From the NCBI RefSeq assembly GCF_000142905.1, contig NW_013657665.1, positions 1 through 64,000 of the forward strand: a stretch of 64,000 nucleotides of DNA, in the 5' to 3' direction. Source of the stretch: Thecamonas trahens ATCC 50062. Taxonomy: Eukaryota; Protista; Apusomonadida. The stretch's first letter is position 1; each line of letters starts with the position of its first letter. Shown here piece after piece: positions 58,535 to 64,000 of the stretch. The position numbers and the translations under genes are program-made. The notes beneath the pieces are model-generated. The model made no database searches and was not told the origin of the DNA. It saw only the letters and a list, made by a program, of their open reading frames with translations.

Positions 58535-61500
58535 TCAATACTTCAGCGAGTCAATCTTGTGCGCAGGAGGGAGTGGCGTGTCGGCTGCTTGATCGGCACG
58601 GAAAAACGCGTGCTTGCGCGCAGCAGTCTTGCCTGCGATCAACCGCCGCCGCGCTAGCCGCGACCGGTTGTTCTTGCGCCCTCGTCCTGGCTCGGGCTCC
58701 TCTGAGCCGGGCGTGCTCGGTGGCCGCTCGCCGTCGCTGTCAGCAAGAGGTGAAAGCAAAGTCGCCGACATGCCGTTGAGCGAGGTCGAGAGCGAGGCCA
58801 TAGACGCGTTGAGATCGCGGAACCGGACCCGCGAGCCGGGGACCAGTCCGAGCAGTCCGTCATCTTTCTCGCGTTCTTCACGCTCGAGCTCGCGCACCGC
58901 GCTGACAAACTCGGGATCGTCGATGGCTCGCGGAACAAAGCCGCCACCCACGCCCGAATCGCCGGCAACCGACTTCACCACCCGCCGCAGGTCTGGATCG
59001 ATGTGGAAGACCGCGGCGTTGCGGGTTGCGTTGTCCTGCGACGGCAGCGCCACCACCGGCCGGCCCACCCCGTACCCGCCACCGTCTTCGCTCGCCGCCA
59101 CCACAGTCTGCGACCTCGGCCGACTCGTCTCGCGGCTGCTTGCCTTGCCCGGTCTTCCGCCGAACCGGTTCTGGCTCGGCTTGTCATCGCGGGTGTACGC
59201 CGCCCACACCTTGAGCGTGTTGTCCCACGAGCCCGAGACATACTGGTGCCGCTGCGGAAGGTAGACCACACACTTGACTAGGTCGGCGTGGCCGAAGAGG
59301 CTCGCCACAACCTCACGCCGCACTGGGTTGTACACAAAGATCTTGCCCTCGTCGGTTCCGGCCACCACCATCCCGCGGGTCTGCTTGGCCGCCACGCGGA
59401 TCCGCGACGACTCGGAAATGCCCTGCGGCCCGCAGTGGTGCGTCACGCACCGCACAATGCTGCCAAATTCTACCGTGTCCAGCGAGGTGTGTCCGCCCAT
59501 GGCCGATCCTGTCGCGCCAAACCGGGCCCCAGTCCGGTCGCTCGGATCAGCAAACGTGTGCATTCGCTTGAGCCTCGGCTTGCCCTCGCCCCTAAGCGTG
59601 TCAAACCGCACGCTCGTCGCCGATCTGTTGAGCACCGACACGGCGCTAGAACCCAGCGCACTCCCGCTCTCGCCTCCGCTCCCACCGCCGCCTGTCCCCG
59701 AGCCCGACACGCCGTCGTCATCGTCCCGCGAGTCGAGCGACTCCGAATCGTCGTTCGAGTCCGATCGCACTTGTACCAGCTCGTCGTCCGAGTCGGTCGA
59801 GTCAACAATGATCGAGACTCCTACCGGCGTCGCTGCTCCCCGCCCGCGCCCGCGCCCGCTCTCGCATCCGTCGCCATCGCCGTTGCCTGACGTCCGATCC
59901 GACCCACCACCTCCGCCAGTCTCAAGCTCATCGTCGGCATACGCCGCCGTGAGCAGCGTAGAGAGCCGCTTGCGCTTGCGCTTTTTCTTTGGCTTGCGGA
60001 TACCCTTACCCCAGAGCTTAAGCGTTCCGTCCACAGACGCGCTCATCCACGCAGAGTGCACCACGTTCCACTCGAGCGCCGTGATTGTGCCGACGTGCTC
60101 TGACAGCGCCTGCACAAGGACCATTCCGGCGTGCCCAAGCGTGCCGGCATGTGCAAACGACTTGATCCAAACCATGCCAACCTCGTCGCCCCACGCCATA
60201 ACTCGGTGCCGCTCGCACCACGCCAGTGTTGTGATCGGCGCGTCTGCCGCACGCCGAAAGTCGCGCCGCCCGCTCCGCACTCGCTCCGGCACCACATCGG
60301 CATCGGTCGTGCCCAGCAGCGTCGTCTTGCGGTAGAGCACCTCCTCACCGGTGTCGAGTTGCCACACCCGGAGCGTCGCGTCGCGCGCCACAGACACAAG
60401 CACATACGACGACCGGCCCTCACCAGATGGCCCCGATCCCAGATCGGCATTACGCCGCCGCCGGTGCTCGCTCAGATCGTTGCCGTACTCAAACGACTCG
60501 ACCTTGACCACCTCCAGCCCAGTGATTGCGTCGGTGTGGCCTTCGCCGCGCGAGCCCACAAGCGGCAGGGACTTGAGCAGCGAGAGTCCAGTCAGCCGCG
60601 ACCGGATGTTGGCTCCGACCTGCGGCATCGACTGCGCACGCTCGTAATTGATCGAGCTCGGCACTGCAACCGTCGTCATCGACACTGACGAGTCGCGATA
60701 GCCGTACACAAGAATCCGTCCGCGCGAGGTGCCCAGTAGCAGTACGTCGAGCTCATCAGAGTAAAGCACCACGTCGATCGAGAGCCGCGACTTGCGGAAT
60801 TTGACTGACGACGCCGCATCGGCAGGCTTGAGCGGCGAGGCCACAAGCCCGAGCCGGACCACAGGATCCGCCTCGGCCGCAGACGCCCGCCCGTCCTTCC
60901 GCTTCCGCTCTCGCCGCTTCCACCGCTCACCACCTCCTGCCTAAGCCGGCGCCGACCGACAAGGGGGTGTTCGAGCTGGTCTGGCAGCTGCAGCGATCGT
61001 ACAAAACCGAGCGCCTTGGCCTGCGGATTGCCACGCGACGCTGCAAACGATCGCAGCGACGCAGACCGCCCGCGCCCTCCCCGCCCCTCCTTCAGCCGCA
61101 CTTTGAGCTTGTCCGCCACCGACAGCACCGTCGTGCGGCCGCCATCGTCCATCGAGATCGATGCCAGCGACTCGCCGTCGTCCGAGCTCCCGCTGTCCGA
61201 GCTCGACACCTCTGATTCGCACAGTGACGCCATCGAGCTCCGCGTTGACAGCGCGTTCTGCAGTAGCGACGACATCGTGCCCTGCGACGATCCAGCTCGG
61301 ACCAAGTCCGGAAGTCCACCGGTGCTCTTGTGCACCGCATTGAACAGCATTGGGTCGGTCACAAAAACGCCGTCGCGGATGAGCGGATTCGGTTGAACGG
61401 CCGGCGGCGTTGCCGTTGGCTGCGGCGACGCCCGCGTCTTTGCCGCCGTCTCTGGCGAGTCGAGATCGCCCAGCCGCCGTGATGGGTCGTATAAAGAGCG

Positions 61501-63894
61501 GTTGCGCTTGGCGAGCGCCCGCGCCCGCTCCCGCTTCTCGGCGGAGAGCTTGGACCACGTTGACGCTACGTTGCCGTGCACGCTCGACGAGCCGCGGCCG
61601 CGGACCAGCGACGCCTTGGCCGACGACTGCGCCTTGCGCTGCGACGCAATGTGTGCTCGCTTTCGCGCCGTCTGCCGCGCCGCGAGCTTGGCCCGCCGCG
61701 CCGCAGGATCGTCGTCATCGAGCAAGAACGGGTCCGGCTCGGGCTCGCCAGCCTCGTGCCCATCGGTTGTCACCGGCTCGGTGAGCCAGAGCCAGTCGTC
61801 GATCTGGGTCTGCGACGCGCCGGCAAACGAGGCAATGAGCCGCGGCGCACAGCCCGGGGCGCCCAGCGCGCTCCCGGCCCGGGCCATCTCGTCAGGCTTG
61901 CCCTCAATCCACAGCTCCTCCTTGTTGTACTTGTACGTGTTCGACTGCTCGCGCTCCCACTGCACAATCCGCCCGTCGGCTCCGGCAGAGAAAAACACCA
62001 GCGGGTTGGTTCGCGAGAACGAGAGCGCGTCCACCACGTCAGAGTGCTGCACAAGCGTCGTCAGCGCTGCTCCGTACCGGTACTTCCACACCACAAGCTG
62101 CCGACGGTTCGTAACAGCGAGTACCTTGTCCACAGCCTCAAAGTAGTACATTCGTCCCAGTGCCAGCGCCGCGCCAGCCTCCTCCTCGACGCTACCACCG
62201 ACTCCGCCTCCACCGCCACCTCTAGCGGCCGCGGCCTCACTTTCGCCGCGCTCGCTTGCTCCACTTGCCCCGGTCCCACCGCTCCCCTTGCCCGGCAGTA
62301 GCGTAGCAAGCACCGAGGTGACGTCGGTAAAGGTAGCCAAGTCGTAAATGATCGGCTCGTCCGAGCCGGCCGACGCCCACAGCGTCGCCGTGGAGTTGAC
62401 AAATGTGAGGCCCGTGATCGACGCCGCGTGCGACCGAAAGGTGTGGACAAGGATGAGAGACCCATACTCATTGGGCTCGGATGCCGGAGGTGCTACGTAC
62501 GACCAGACTCGGATGGCGCGGTCGTGCGAGCCCGAGGCAAGCCATCCGTCCGCGCCCATCGATGCCGCCAGCGCCGTGATCCCGAGCTCATGTGCGTCTT
62601 CCCGGTGAACCTTGAGCACTAGTGCCTTCTTTTGCTGCGAGAAGACCCACCCGCAGAGCGCACCAGAGTCCGTGGCCGTCACCAGCAGATGCGCATACGG
62701 CATGTACACCATATGCCGTGTCCCGCGCATCTCTGCAGACGGGTTCCGTCTCGCCCGCCGCGGCTTCGTCATGTTGGTCATGTCGAGCGCAAGCAGCGCA
62801 GCCTGTCTGCTCGCTGAGCTTCCGATACCGGCGCCGCTCGGCCCACCAGCACCACGCCCGCCCACCCGTGGAAGCACCTCGTGCCAGTCCGAGTGCACAC
62901 CATCGCTCCGGTTGTAGCTGTAAAGCCGGAGCGCGTCCTTGAACACCGCCACAAGCACGTCGTCGCCGGGCAGCCAGGCCAGGCAAAAGACAGGCTCCGG
63001 ACGGTCGATGGCCGGCGCGAGCTTGGCCCGCAGTGCCCCAAGCTCGGCTGCCGCCGCGTTGCGATCGGCAACAGCCTGCGCCTTGACTCGTGCCGCCAGT
63101 GCCCCACCCACAGCCTCGGCACGCTCAATCTTCTCGGTCGCCGTCCGAAGCTTGACCTTGAGCTCGTCGAACCGCGACGAGCTCCGCAAATACTGCGCAA
63201 TCGGCAGCGAGTGCGCCGGTGCCGGCGGCGCGGCCATGCTCAGAAACTTGAGCGCCTTTTGCGTCTGCGCATAGTGCCACACAATGATCTCGCCGCCGAG
63301 CGAGGCCGAGAATAGCTTCTTGAGCCCGTCGACGTAGAGCAGGTCGGTGACAGTCCCGGTGTGGCCGTCATAGGTCGCTACTAGTTGTGTTGTCGTTGAG
63401 GAGATGTCCCACACCTTGACCGTCTCATCCTCTGAACCAGTAAAGACGACCGACGCGTGCGTGTTGAAGGCTGCACAGACAACCGACTTTGCGTGAATGG
63501 TAGCCGATCCCGCGCCACTACTCCGCTTGCCTTGACCACCCTCCCACTTTCGCCACGGCGGTTCCCCGCTCTGAGAGTTGAAAGTATCTTCCGATCCCAA
63601 CGGAAGTGGCTTGTGCAGCGGTGAGCCGCGGTACTTGTCGACGAGTGCCTCGATGGCCCCAGGATCCAGCCCGCTCTTGTGACTCCTTCTCCTCGACAAG
63701 CTCTCACCACCACTGATACTCATGCCGATACCAGATGAGTGTAGACCACTCTCTCCACTTGCCATCAAACTTCCATCACGTCCGCTGGCTGGTCGATTGC
63801 TACCACGATGATGTCCAACACGCCCACGACCAGTTCCACTGCCAGTGCCCACTGTTCGCGCAGAGTCCGACGGAATAAACCGCTCAAACTCCAT
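58535..63894 (-). CDS. Large WD40-repeat protein; two ORFs joined by a frameshift between ~60940 and 60860
   Basis: WD repeats in both ORFs (FTGSEDETVKVWD, GHTGTV, LASGSHDRAIRVW, GHTDAI, SASVDGTLKLW, GHADLV..VSGSWDNTLKVW). 5' end uncertain. Confidence 0.8.
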
Positions 63895-64000
63895 ACTCAC
63901 TCCAGCTACGCTCACACAAGTAAGTAGAACAGGTACTTCTCGTGTCCTACTTGCTCGTTGCCAGACTGGAGTGCGGTGTACTTCCTTTCGGTCCCCTCGC

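Overview
GC-rich, gene-dense eukaryotic nuclear DNA with short GT-AG introns (GTACGT/GTATGT/GTAAGT donors), four N-gaps and microsatellites. Style and gene content suggest a unicellular protist, possibly an apusomonad such as Thecamonas (inference only). About 24 protein-coding genes are supported. Housekeeping genes include DUS1, VPS26C, phosphoserine phosphatase, epsinR, DcpS, SmE, TFIIIC tau95, SMCR8, GGH and an M28 peptidase. The clearest structural discovery is a complete 2,744-bp hAT DNA transposon (32021-34764) with an intact BED/DDE transposase, 14-bp TIRs, an 8-bp TSD and TGACTA subterminal repeats, ending 52 bp upstream of a formin ATG. Several genes have unusual domain architectures: an ADAM-like metzincin receptor with 18 disintegrin-like repeats and a cytoplasmic SH3; a kinase fused to a DUF294-like nucleotidyltransferase fold; a formin with a WASP/WAVE-like C-A tail; crescerin-type TOGs fused to ZC2HC1-type zinc fingers; a DysF-PX protein; a pseudo-adenylyl cyclase; and a truncated polycystin-1-like protein. 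At least nine frameshifts across seven genes can each be repaired by adding one base to a short homopolymer, most likely sequencing undercalls.
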